Notes: a model not told the origin generated them from the sequence alone. A DNA stretch of 61,599 nt, filler included, from 4 parts of 4 records of this genome joined end to end with filler, not necessarily neighbours in it, one strand, 5' to 3'. Numbered from the whole stretch's first letter, positions 20,351 through 29,153 are shown. Translations and numbers: made by a program.

Positions 20351-21004
20351 ATGGCTTTGCGTATCAACGATACAATCCCGGACATGACCGTCGAAACCGA
20401 TCAGGGCATGATCAATCTGCACGAATGGGTTGGGGACAGTTGGGCGATCCTTTTCTCGCATCCCAAGGACTTTACGCCGGTTTGCACGACCGAATTCGGT
20501 GCCGTGGCGCAACTGGCCGATGAATGGGCCAAGCGGGGCACGAAAGTGATGGGTATTTCCGTGGACAGTGCCGAAGAGCACAAGAAATGGAAGAACGACA
20601 TCGAAGGTTTCGCCAAAGCCAAAGCGGGTTTCCCGATCATTGCTGACGAAGATTTGAAGGTCGCCAAGGCGTTCGACATGTTGCCAGCCGAAGCTTACAT
20701 GCCCGATGGTCGCACACCAAACGACAGCGCGACTGTGCGCGCCGTGTTCATCGTAGGGCCTGACAAAAAGCTGAAACTGTCGATGACCTATCCGATGTCG
20801 GTTGGCCGTAACTTTGCCGAAGTCCTGCGCGCGCTCGACGGTTTGCAAATGTCGTCCGGCAAAGGTGTGGCGACACCTGCGAACTGGAATGTGGGTGATG
20901 ACGTGATCATCCCGACATCTGTCTCGGATACCGATGCCAAGACCAAGTTTGGCGAATTCACAACGGTTCTGCCGTATCTGCGCACAACCAAAGCACCCAA
21001 ATAA
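20351..21004 (+). CDS. 1-Cys peroxiredoxin (Prx6 family)
   Basis: FSHPKDFTPVCTTE, YPMSVGRNF and TPANW. Confidence 0.95.
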   Translation: MALRINDTIPDMTVETDQGMINLHEWVGDSWAILFSHPKDFTPVCTTEFGAVAQLADEWAKRGTKVMGISVDSAEEHKKWKNDIEGFAKAKAGFPIIADEDLKVAKAFDMLPAEAYMPDGRTPNDSATVRAVFIVGPDKKLKLSMTYPMSVGRNFAEVLRALDGLQMSSGKGVATPANWNVGDDVIIPTSVSDTDAKTKFGEFTTVLPYLRTTKAPK

Positions 21005-21011
21005 GGGCAGC

Positions 21012-21728
21012 TTAGGGCCGTTGTGGCCGCAGTCTGACCTGCGCGCGATACCAAGCGCGCTTGATTTCCCGCATCAGCTTGCCGCTGGTGCGGGTTTTTT
21101 GTTGGATGGTGGACCCGCCGATTTGCCCTGCAATCTCGGTTAGCCCGTTCGGCAGCAGCGTGTGGACCGGCTGTCCGGTGACCCAGTGCATTTGCAGCCA
21201 TGTATCAATGGGGCGGTCAATCTGTTGCGATTTCGCCAACAGGCGTTTTGCTGCCTCGCGGCCCACGACCTGACACCCTGTTTGCAATCCGATCTTTCGC
21301 GGCAGCAGCAACCGTGTATCGCCGTCAACGGCAATGACGGTGCCTGTCTTCTCGCGGTTCTTAAAGGGCAGGCGGATGAACATCTCGGGGGTCATATGTG
21401 CCGCGATCATCGACAGGCTGCGGGCAAAGTCCGGCAATGAAACCGCAACGTCATCCTCGGCCACGATTGCATAGTCCCAACCGTTATCCACGATCATCTG
21501 CCAGCATTTGCGGTGGCTGGCAAAACACCCCATCTCGCCGCCCTTCATCGCAAAGGGATAGGCCGGCTTTTGCAGGTTGCCGGGAAAAATCCGCAGATCA
21601 GCCACTTGGGCCGGATCACGGCCATCGACGGCGTCAACAAGCTGTGCATCGGGCAAATCGCGCAGCAGCTTTTCGGCGTTGGGACGCCGTTCAGTGCTGC
21701 CGGGCATGTGGATGATAAGTGTGTTCAT
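21012..21728 (-). CDS. Glycosyltransferase family 25
   Basis: DAVDG, GEMGCFASH..CW, EDD and PID motifs. Confidence 0.88.
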   Translation of the reverse strand: MNTLIIHMPGSTERRPNAEKLLRDLPDAQLVDAVDGRDPAQVADLRIFPGNLQKPAYPFAMKGGEMGCFASHRKCWQMIVDNGWDYAIVAEDDVAVSLPDFARSLSMIAAHMTPEMFIRLPFKNREKTGTVIAVDGDTRLLLPRKIGLQTGCQVVGREAAKRLLAKSQQIDRPIDTWLQMHWVTGQPVHTLLPNGLTEIAGQIGGSTIQQKTRTSGKLMREIKRAWYRAQVRLRPQRP

Positions 21729-21808
21729 TAGCGTGGAATAAACCGTTTTATGGCGCTTTCAAACCCTAGATGTCATTGCCCGGCATGTCTGCGCCAAGGC
21801 GCAAAAGC

Positions 21809-21838
21809 AAAAAGCCCCGGCGTTTCCACCGGGGCTTT
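21809..21838 (-). terminator. Intrinsic terminator after pnp
   Basis: AAAGCCCCGG-N8-CCGGGGCTTT perfect stem with T tail on the minus strand. Confidence 0.85.
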
Positions 21839-21862
21839 GTCATTTCCGAAAGCGGCTAAGGA

Positions 21863-22937
21863 TTACTCCTCGGCGCCTTCTTCTTTTTTGATTTCTTCGC
21901 CAGTTTCCTGATCGACGACTTTCATCGACAGGCGCACCTTGCCGCGATCGTCAAAGCCCAGAAGTTTGACTTTCACTTCCTGACCTTCCTTCAGAACATC
22001 CGAAGGGTGGTTCAGGCGGCGGTTTTCGATCTGGGACACGTGGACCAGACCGTCGCGCTTGCCAAAGAAGTTCACGAATGCACCGAAATCAACGATCTTG
22101 ACGACGGTACCGGTGTAAACCGCACCTTCTTCAGGCTCGGCCACGATGGACCAGATCATGTCATAGGCTTTCTTGATCGAGTCGCCGTTTGGCGATGCGA
22201 TCTTGATGATACCTTCGTCATTGATGTCGACCTTGGCACCGGACACTTCAACGATTTCGCGGATCACTTTACCACCGGAACCGATAACTTCACGGATCTT
22301 GTCGGTTGGGATCTGCATCGTTTCAATGCGTGGTGCGTGGACCGAGAATTCACCCGCGCCGGACAGTGCTTTGTTCATCTCACCAAGGATGTGAACGCGG
22401 CCTGCTTTGGCTTGGGCCAAGGCCTTTTCCATGATCTCGGGCGTGATGCCTGCGATCTTGATGTCCATTTGCAGCGACGTGATACCTGCTTCGGTACCGG
22501 CCACTTTAAAGTCCATGTCGCCAAGGTGGTCTTCGTCACCCAAGATGTCGGACAGGATCGCATAGGAACCGTCTTCTTCGAGGATCAGACCCATCGCAAC
22601 ACCAGCGACTGGCGCTTTCAACGGTACGCCCGCGTCCATCATGGACAAGGAACCACCACAAACCGACGCCATCGAGGAAGAGCCGTTCGATTCAGTGATC
22701 TCGGACACAACGCGGATGGTGTAAGGGAAGTCGGTGGAAGCCGGCAGAACTGCCTGCAACGCACGCCAAGCCAGCTTACCGTGACCGATTTCGCGACGGC
22801 CAGGGCCGGAAACGCGACCAACTTCACCAACCGAGTAGGGAGGGAAGTTATAGTGCAGCAGGAAGTTGGATTTGAAGTTGCCGTGCAGTGCATCGATGAA
22901 CTGTTCGTCGTCGCCGGTGCCCAATGTGGTCACAACC
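21863..22937 (-). CDS. pnp: Polyribonucleotide nucleotidyltransferase, C-terminal half (cut at contig edge)
   Basis: [34 protein letters not shown] (VIGSGGK) and S1 domains. Confidence 0.98.
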
Positions 22938-23037
22938 NNNNNNNNNNNNNNNNNNNNNNNNNNNNNNNNNNNNNNNNNNNNTTAATTAATTAANNNNNNN
23001 NNNNNNNNNNNNNNNNNNNNNNNNNNNNNNNNNNNNN
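22938..23037. other. Artificial contig linker
   Basis: 44 N + TTAATTAATTAA (stops in all six frames) + 44 N. Confidence 0.99.
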
Positions 23038-23185
23038 GCCCTATCAGATGGTGAAAGACCTGCGCACCGGCGTCGAAAGCCCCGATCCCTCGAAAGTGCT
23101 CGACGGCGACATCGACCCCTTCATGGCCGCAGCCCTCGCCGCCCGCGTCCACGGCAGCGCCGAAACCGTCGAGGACATCGAGTAG
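23038..23185 (+). CDS. prfB: Peptide chain release factor 2, C-terminal end (not in ORF track)
   Basis: Manual translation from 23039: [48 protein letters not shown], the typical RF2 tail. Confidence 0.92.
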
Positions 23186-23196
23186 GCAGTGCCGCT

Positions 23197-23266
23197 CTCC
23201 CTCGCCCCTTCGGGGAGAGGGAAGGGGCCCAATGCTGCAAAGCTGCGTTGGGAAGGGTGAGGGGGG
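23197..23266. repeat. Alphaproteobacterial REP-like palindromic element (one arm)
   Basis: CCCTCGCCCCTTCGGGGAGAGGG hairpin, CCCAATGC..GCGTTGGG hairpin, then GGGTGAGGGG tail. Confidence 0.65.
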
Positions 23267-23334
23267 CTTGGGCGCAGCGCAACAATACACCCCATCTCGC
23301 TGTCTCGCTTCCCAAGGATTCTTTCCACCAACTT

Positions 23335-24054
23335 TTACGAAGACGGCTCGGGTTTGAAGTGCGAGAACTCCGCAGGCAGCGTTTCAATGATCTTCATGGG
23401 GTCGAGGTCTTCTAGGTCCCAGGTTACGTCCAATTGGCGCTTGACCGATGCTAAACGGCGTACCGATCCGCCGCGTGTCTTGGAGCTGGCCCCTACTTTG
23501 TTCTTCCCCGTTGCGACGTCGAAATAAAGCAACCGCGCAGCCTTCTGGAAGCTTTTGTTGAACATATTCTGTTGGCTGGTCAGCGACTCCCGAACTTGGC
23601 CATGAACACTCACCTCTCCGCACAGCAGATGATCGGCGTCATGTCCGAAGGTTTCAAGAAGAGTGACAGGCATCCTTACTAGGTGTCGCTGCGCCTTCTG
23701 ATAGTCATTAGGGTCGCTGGGAAACCAACGATGGATTTCACCGACTTTCCAGGTACCATCGCCTGTTTTTCTGAAAAGCTGGTCGCGCATGACGAAAGTC
23801 AGCCACGCCCACATTCCGGTATTCGGCAGCAGATCGAAAAGATTGGCGGTGCCAAGGGAGGCGACAACTGCCTCGGCCATCGCCTTGGCCGTCAAGAACT
23901 CTCCCGGTGCAAAGGGTTTGGTGCCCTGAACGCGTGAAGCCAGCGCAGGATCCACAGGGTCAATAGCGGAGTCATCAATCTGGCCTGTAAAGACTTTCTC
24001 AAAGGCGTCCAGTCCGGTGGCATTGAGCTCATACAGAAAAGGGTAAGCACTCAT
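23335..24054 (-). CDS. Uncharacterised 239-aa protein, last gene of the island operon
   Basis: ATG 24054 overlaps the upstream TGA (ATGA); motifs GMWAWLTF, RHLV, LYFD, RRL..V..QLDVTWDL and LPAEF. Confidence 0.8.
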   Translation of the reverse strand: MSAYPFLYELNATGLDAFEKVFTGQIDDSAIDPVDPALASRVQGTKPFAPGEFLTAKAMAEAVVASLGTANLFDLLPNTGMWAWLTFVMRDQLFRKTGDGTWKVGEIHRWFPSDPNDYQKAQRHLVRMPVTLLETFGHDADHLLCGEVSVHGQVRESLTSQQNMFNKSFQKAARLLYFDVATGKNKVGASSKTRGGSVRRLASVKRQLDVTWDLEDLDPMKIIETLPAEFSHFKPEPSS

Positions 24055-24815
24055 TCTGCTGCACCCTGCTTTAGTTCTCCGACCAGCAGCTCCAGCATGC
24101 CATGCCTTCGGCAGAAGCCGTCGAGCAGATGGGCAATCCATGCCTGCTTCTGCACGCGACCCTCAGTCCAGGGCGGGGCCTTGCCTGGCATCAGTGTGTC
24201 GGCCCAGTCGAGCCATTCCTTCACCCATGCCTGCTCGGACGGGGTATTGGTGGCAAGGATGTCATCAAACAACTCGCGGATGATGGCAGGCAGCACACAG
24301 CTCAGGAAAGTCGGATCGTTCCGGACCCACGTGCTCGAGTTCGGAATTGCTTTATCTATATAGACAATCGGGTAGTCGTTCTCGCGTATTTCCAGCTTCC
24401 AGCTGAGTGGAGCGATATTGTGCGGTAGGAAGAGCAGAATACCATCACTCCCCGTGCCTCCCTCGTCATCGCCGCCGGCGCGTAGAGTCCATTCATCTGT
24501 GCTACCAAGAAGAATACCCCTGCGCTCGCCATCGCTGGCCACGACGCGCAATTGGCAGGATGGGGCAGAATACCAACCGTTCTTCAGTTCCGCCGTCGTC
24601 TTCATGTCGCCCAGGGTTCCAAAGTCCAATGTTTCTGCGACTTTGTTCTCAATCAGACGGAGCTTGATCCGAGCTGTTTTCGGCATTTTGTCAAAGACTT
24701 TGGGGGTCGCTATCGTCATGGCGACAAGTTTCTTGCCCCCTACCTCGACGACTTTGGTCCCAACGCAAGACCGGGAAAGCTGCCTGCGCCCAGTCAGTCT
24801 GATCCTCTTACGCAT
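24051..24815 (-). CDS. Uncharacterised 254-aa protein of the island operon
   Basis: 8-nt overlap with the upstream ATPase gene; basic N-terminus (MRKRIRLTGRRQL), beta-rich first half, Trp-rich helical C-terminus. Confidence 0.8.
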   Translation of the reverse strand: MRKRIRLTGRRQLSRSCVGTKVVEVGGKKLVAMTIATPKVFDKMPKTARIKLRLIENKVAETLDFGTLGDMKTTAELKNGWYSAPSCQLRVVASDGERRGILLGSTDEWTLRAGGDDEGGTGSDGILLFLPHNIAPLSWKLEIRENDYPIVYIDKAIPNSSTWVRNDPTFLSCVLPAIIRELFDDILATNTPSEQAWVKEWLDWADTLMPGKAPPWTEGRVQKQAWIAHLLDGFCRRHGMLELLVGELKQGAAE

Positions 24816-26646
24816 TCTTCCAGGGCCTTATATTGGTATCCAGTTCCCGGTTCGTATCGAATCCGGTGATCTCAATCTCCGTGTTTGGACCGCAACCCGA
24901 CGCCTTCACTCTGTTCTTGTCGGTCGTCAGATCGCAGTTGGTGTGGTTGACGTCGAGCTTTTCGAGCTTGAAGTCGAACGGACTCCACGACGGACGGCGC
25001 GTGCCATCGGCATAGGCAAGTGTGAGCGTCAAATTCACTGGCCAGTCGGTGTGGTCTGGATTGGCCTTGATCCTCAGACCATCATCTAATTGTTGCACCA
25101 TGAACACGGGAATTTTTGGCGGCGGCGGGGGCTCTGGCGGATCATCGGGTTTGTTCGGCTTTTTCTTCTTGCCTGGCTTGTCTGAAGGTTTGGAGAAGTA
25201 GCTGTCGAAGACGTGAGAATCCGGGGCCGTTACGTCCGGGGTAAGAAGAAGTCTGAGCTCGCTCGGCAGGTTCTTGAGAAGGCGTTTGGCGCGCGGCCCG
25301 TCGAAGCCCTGATCTTCAAGCTTTTGCTTTACATCCTTCGATTCAAGTAGGTCGAGGTGGGCCTTTCCTTCGCAGAAGTTGAGATAAACCGCTAGGTCGC
25401 CTTCGCCGACCAACATAACAAGGTCCAGATCGCCAGGACTCTTGGCCCTGACATCCGGCAGGCTCATCCCTTCTCGGAACAGTCGGTCGATCGGCTTTTT
25501 TCCTGATGTGGTGGGACCAATCACCGCTCGCACAGATACGTCCTTTGCGATCCCGTTACGGACAAGTGGAAATACGATTTCCAGCACCACGTCCTGCTCA
25601 TTGACGATTTTCTGCTGCAAGATCTCGATGGCAGACGATTGCCGCAGCAGTTCAAGGTCACTACTCTGGGCATTCGGCAGCTTGATTGTGTGCGGCGAGG
25701 TCTCTATCTGGGCGAGGCGGACGAGTTCTAGGTATCTAGCGACATCGTGTTTGATCGCCTCATCGTTCAGGTGTTCCGTGACTTCAACGGCAATCGTGCC
25801 TATGGTTGAAGCATCCAACACGCGGTCATCGACGTTCAGGATGAGGCTACCGTTCATTATCGCCGGAGCGAAGTTTTCTATTGCAGCAGCTAGGATGCCA
25901 CCGGCTTTCAACTCAGCATGCGGATATAGTATCGCGAGGCCGAGGCCGCTCTGGTGCTCGCCGTCATATCCCGTGAACGCAAAAGCAGTGCGTGTACGGT
26001 TTTGAAACTCTGATGAGCTGTGAAGTGTGTAGATGTTGCCGGCTACAGCCTCAGCCAGATAGGCGTGTGTGGATTTGAGGTCGTTTCCGTCTTCTTGCGC
26101 TCGCAGAACAATCATGCCGCAGATGGCACTTGAGCAGTCCGAAGCTCGCCGCGTGTATCCGATAACGCTTTGCAGACGGGAAGCAATCAAGAACGTTACT
26201 CTCCCGATCCCGCGACCGCCTCGACCTGAGCCATCCTTGTTGGTCAGGCCGAAGTTGAGCCAGTAGTTCCAGAAATCACTGACGCGGCTGTTCAGACTGC
26301 CATCCAACCCTTTCGAGTTGAAATCCTCGACGACAAGCCAGCGAACGTTGCCGTCCTTCCATTCGTGAGGAATTTCAAGCCCGGCCTTCTCGCGAAACTC
26401 CATCACTTGCTTCAGGAACGGCCGGCGCGGCCCGACTCCATCCGAGTGAAAGGTGAAGTTCACGACGACAGGCTTCGCCGCGTCGAGCCTCGCATCAAGA
26501 CTGTTCTGGATAGCCTCTCGAACAAAGGTTTCGGAGTACGGATAGTCCGTTCGGTCGAACATCTCCGAGTCCAGGCCCTGATGAATTGGTGTTGCTCCGA
26601 CACTGGGCCAAATCCAGCTCCAGGGTTGATTTGAATGAGCAGTCAT
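24808..26646 (-). CDS. Divergent GHKL (HATPase/MORC-like) ATPase, 612 aa
   Basis: N-box FVREAIQNSLDA, G1-like VEDFNSKGLDG, G2-like GRGGRGIGR; RBS AAGGGG before ATG 26646. Confidence 0.75.
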   Translation of the reverse strand: MTAHSNQPWSWIWPSVGATPIHQGLDSEMFDRTDYPYSETFVREAIQNSLDARLDAAKPVVVNFTFHSDGVGPRRPFLKQVMEFREKAGLEIPHEWKDGNVRWLVVEDFNSKGLDGSLNSRVSDFWNYWLNFGLTNKDGSGRGGRGIGRVTFLIASRLQSVIGYTRRASDCSSAICGMIVLRAQEDGNDLKSTHAYLAEAVAGNIYTLHSSSEFQNRTRTAFAFTGYDGEHQSGLGLAILYPHAELKAGGILAAAIENFAPAIMNGSLILNVDDRVLDASTIGTIAVEVTEHLNDEAIKHDVARYLELVRLAQIETSPHTIKLPNAQSSDLELLRQSSAIEILQQKIVNEQDVVLEIVFPLVRNGIAKDVSVRAVIGPTTSGKKPIDRLFREGMSLPDVRAKSPGDLDLVMLVGEGDLAVYLNFCEGKAHLDLLESKDVKQKLEDQGFDGPRAKRLLKNLPSELRLLLTPDVTAPDSHVFDSYFSKPSDKPGKKKKPNKPDDPPEPPPPPKIPVFMVQQLDDGLRIKANPDHTDWPVNLTLTLAYADGTRRPSWSPFDFKLEKLDVNHTNCDLTTDKNRVKASGCGPNTEIEITGFDTNRELDTNIRPWKNA

Positions 26647-26671
26647 TGGAGACGAAACCCCTTGGCAGATG

Positions 26672-26893
26672 TCACAGCCTGAATTCTCCCCCGGCACTCT
26701 CGCTCTCCTTCGAGAACCGGCCCTTCGCGGTATCGAGACCCTTCTGCAGTGTACTGAATATCTTGCGAATGTCGGCATCCGTGAATTCGTATGCGGACCG
26801 GTTTGAAAGATTTCCGATTAGCTGGAGATCCTTCAGCGCCTTGTTGACGCGGGCTTCTGCCAGATCCACGAATTTTTGACGTTTGTTGCGCAT
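26672..26893 (-). CDS. Small basic helical protein (73 aa), first gene of the island operon
   Basis: RBS GGAG 5 nt before ATG; KRQKFVDLAEARVNKALKDLQLIGNLSNRSAYEFT; 25 nt upstream of the ATPase start. Confidence 0.8.
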   Translation of the reverse strand: MRNKRQKFVDLAEARVNKALKDLQLIGNLSNRSAYEFTDADIRKIFSTLQKGLDTAKGRFSKESESAGGEFRL

Positions 26894-26904
26894 AAAAACT
26901 CCAA

Positions 26905-26982
26905 CATTCTGAGAATATGCAAAAAATATATCATTTCAGATTGCCGGTCAACAAATTGGAGAATATTCAAGGAATATACGAA
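26905..26982 (-). promoter_or_regulatory. AT-rich promoter/operator candidate for the island operon
   Basis: Minus strand TTGACC followed by TGaTATATT; GAGAATAT(G/T)CAA repeats at 26911 and 26959; ATTCT-G-AGAAT palindrome. Confidence 0.5.
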
Positions 26983-27013
26983 TAATGTATGCAGGGTGGA
27001 TGTCGCGTCTGCG

Positions 27014-28537
27014 TCACACCCCGGAAACCAACCCATTGAGAATAAAAGAGATTTTATACGCGAGTAGGGGAGGAACGGCATTGCCCACTTGGACAAATTG
27101 CTGGGTCCGGTTGCCTTCAAAGAAATAGTTGTCGGGAAAGGTCTGCAGGCGAGCGGCTTCACGAACGGTAAGGCTCCGGCACTGCTCGGGGTCAGGGTGA
27201 ATGAAGTAGTGGCCGTCCTTCGAAATGTGGCTGGTAATCGTGCTAGAAGGCGCATCCCACCGCTGCACGCGGAACCGGTCGGCAAACTTGCCGGATGTCC
27301 AGTTGTCATGAGCCGGGGCGAGATTCCGGGGGAACTCGGCAGCTTTTGGCGATCTGTGAAACAGCTCAGCGAATGTTGCCGCAAAGGCATATCTCGCGAG
27401 GTCGCTTTCCATGTGGCCGCGGGTCGCGTGGTTGGGTAGCGCCTTGAGGCGCGGATCGGAAATCCAGGAAGCAAGGTCCGTGTCCGGTACTTTTGTCATC
27501 CGTGTACTGGTTCTTGGCGGGAGCTGCCTGGCCGCCCGGAGTGCCTTTGCGTGATCGAGCAATGCGCTGACGAGTGCTCCGGGTGCACCAGCATCCTTGC
27601 TGGCCTCGGCGGCGGTCTTGAAGGCGGCAATGGTCGCCATGCGCCAGTTCTCCGGATTGTCCTCTGTCTTGCTCAGACCGCTTCGGAGTTTGGGCATTCT
27701 CGCGAGGACATCGGCAACGGTCGCCTGCTTCAAAATTGGCGTCAGGGTGTGATGCGACGCGATCCTGTCTTGCGCGGCCTCGGCCCTCTCGGATCGGATT
27801 CCGACAAGAATGACCCGATGCCTGTTCTGTGGAATCCCGTAGTCCTCACAGCGGACGACGTGACCTCCATGAATTCCCTTGTGGTTGGCGATCAGCGGCA
27901 CCAGCGTATAGCTGTTCCGCTTTCCGCCTGCGGACCGCAGATCATCCAGCACGCGGTCGAAGATGCTTTCATCATCCACCCTGGACGAGAGCATTCCCTT
28001 CACATTCTCCATCACGAAGGCGACGGGCTTCAGTCGTCCGATGATCCGGATATATTCCTTGTACAGAAAATGCCGAGAATCCTTCGCCGCGTCGTAGTCG
28101 GCGATACCGCGATTTCGCGCGCGTCCGACAAGCGAATAAGCCTGGCAGGGCGGACCCCCGATCAGAATTGCGTTGCCGCTGGATTCTGTTCGGATGCGGT
28201 CAAGGATCGGGTCAAGCTTCGCAGTTGCAGCGTCAGTCCCAAGTTCCAGCATCATCGTTTCGCGTTCGGCAGCGGCCCATTCCCTTGGGTGCCGTTTGAC
28301 AAGGTCGGCCTTTGGCAGCTTTCCGGCTATGTAGTCGTAGTAGTCTTGCGGCAATTCTTTGGAAAACTGTCGGACGAAACTGCGCAGACGCAATGTCGCG
28401 AAGGCCGAAGGTTCCTTTTCGACGGAGAGGGCTATATCGAACAGGCGTTTGCCGTTCGCACCACGCAGTGACGAGAATCCTTCGGCAAGGCCCCCCGGGC
28501 CGGCAAAGAGATCGACAACCTTGAAACTTTGCTTCAT
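27014..28537 (-). CDS. dcm: DNA (cytosine-5)-methyltransferase, long variant (507 aa)
   Basis: Motifs I DLFAGPGG, IV GGPPCQ, VI ENV, VIII PQNRHR, IX REAARLQTFPD and X GNAVPP. Confidence 0.96.
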   Translation of the reverse strand: MKQSFKVVDLFAGPGGLAEGFSSLRGANGKRLFDIALSVEKEPSAFATLRLRSFVRQFSKELPQDYYDYIAGKLPKADLVKRHPREWAAAERETMMLELGTDAATAKLDPILDRIRTESSGNAILIGGPPCQAYSLVGRARNRGIADYDAAKDSRHFLYKEYIRIIGRLKPVAFVMENVKGMLSSRVDDESIFDRVLDDLRSAGGKRNSYTLVPLIANHKGIHGGHVVRCEDYGIPQNRHRVILVGIRSERAEAAQDRIASHHTLTPILKQATVADVLARMPKLRSGLSKTEDNPENWRMATIAAFKTAAEASKDAGAPGALVSALLDHAKALRAARQLPPRTSTRMTKVPDTDLASWISDPRLKALPNHATRGHMESDLARYAFAATFAELFHRSPKAAEFPRNLAPAHDNWTSGKFADRFRVQRWDAPSSTITSHISKDGHYFIHPDPEQCRSLTVREAARLQTFPDNYFFEGNRTQQFVQVGNAVPPLLAYKISFILNGLVSGV

Positions 28538-28607
28538 CAGCCCGAAACTTCCCGCTCATCCTCGGGCAACATACCAGGGCCGCCGTAACTCGCCAGGGGA
28601 AATGTGA

Positions 28608-29042
28608 ATGGTCGATATCGTCGATGCCGCTACGCGCTCCCGCATGATGGCGGGAATTCGCGGGCGTGACACGAAGCCGGAGAGAGAACTCAGGCAGGCG
28701 CTGCATCGACTCGGCTTTAGGTACAGGCTTCATCGCCGCGACCTGCCAGGCAAGCCGGACCTCGTCTTTCCTAAATATGGGGCAGTGGTGTTCGTTCATG
28801 GGTGCTTCTGGCATCGGCATGATGGGTGTCGCTTCGCGTCGACGCCAGCGACACGTCCGGATTTCTGGGCGCGGAAATTTGAGGGCAATGTCGCTCGCGA
28901 CAGGCGAAACATTGGTGCTTTGAGAAGGGCAGGGTGGCGCGTCAGGGTCGTCTGGGAATGCGACGTCAGATCTCGCGGAGGAGATTGCATCGCAGCAAGA
29001 GTGGCCAGATGGCTGCGTGGCGCTGTAAATTATTCTGTCTGA
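28608..29042 (+). CDS. vsr: Very short patch repair endonuclease
   Basis: RSRMMAGIRGRDTKPE, LPGKPD, FVHGCFWHRH and VVWEC. Confidence 0.96.
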   Translation: MVDIVDAATRSRMMAGIRGRDTKPERELRQALHRLGFRYRLHRRDLPGKPDLVFPKYGAVVFVHGCFWHRHDGCRFASTPATRPDFWARKFEGNVARDRRNIGALRRAGWRVRVVWECDVRSRGGDCIAARVARWLRGAVNYSV

Positions 29043-29087
29043 GCGGCTGTCTCTAAACAGTACGAAAACTGAGCGCATCCGGCACAG

Positions 29088-29153
29088 TCAAATGTACTTG
29101 TCCCGGCGCGGCCGGGTGAGCGCCCGCAGGGGCACGAAAGCGTATTCGCACAT
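29088..29153 (-). other. 21-codon micro-ORF or gene remnant (MCEYAFVPLRALTRPRRDKYI)
   Basis: GAGGGG RBS-like sequence before ATG; downstream of Pho-box-like repeats. Confidence 0.3.

Noticed and set aside
22982-22993. TTAATTAATTAA palindrome repeated three times in the window
   Set aside because: Always centred in N runs of identical length; synthetic spacer, not a biological repeat.
23038-23185. prfB programmed frameshift site
   Set aside because: It lies near the 5' end of prfB, which is outside this contig.
23335-29042. Assignment of the island to DISARM class II, Druantia type II, Mza or a simple type II RM system
   Set aside because: No SF2 helicase, PLD, DUF1998, Z1, AIPR or recognisable restriction endonuclease motifs by eye; an HMM search is still needed to exclude newer systems.
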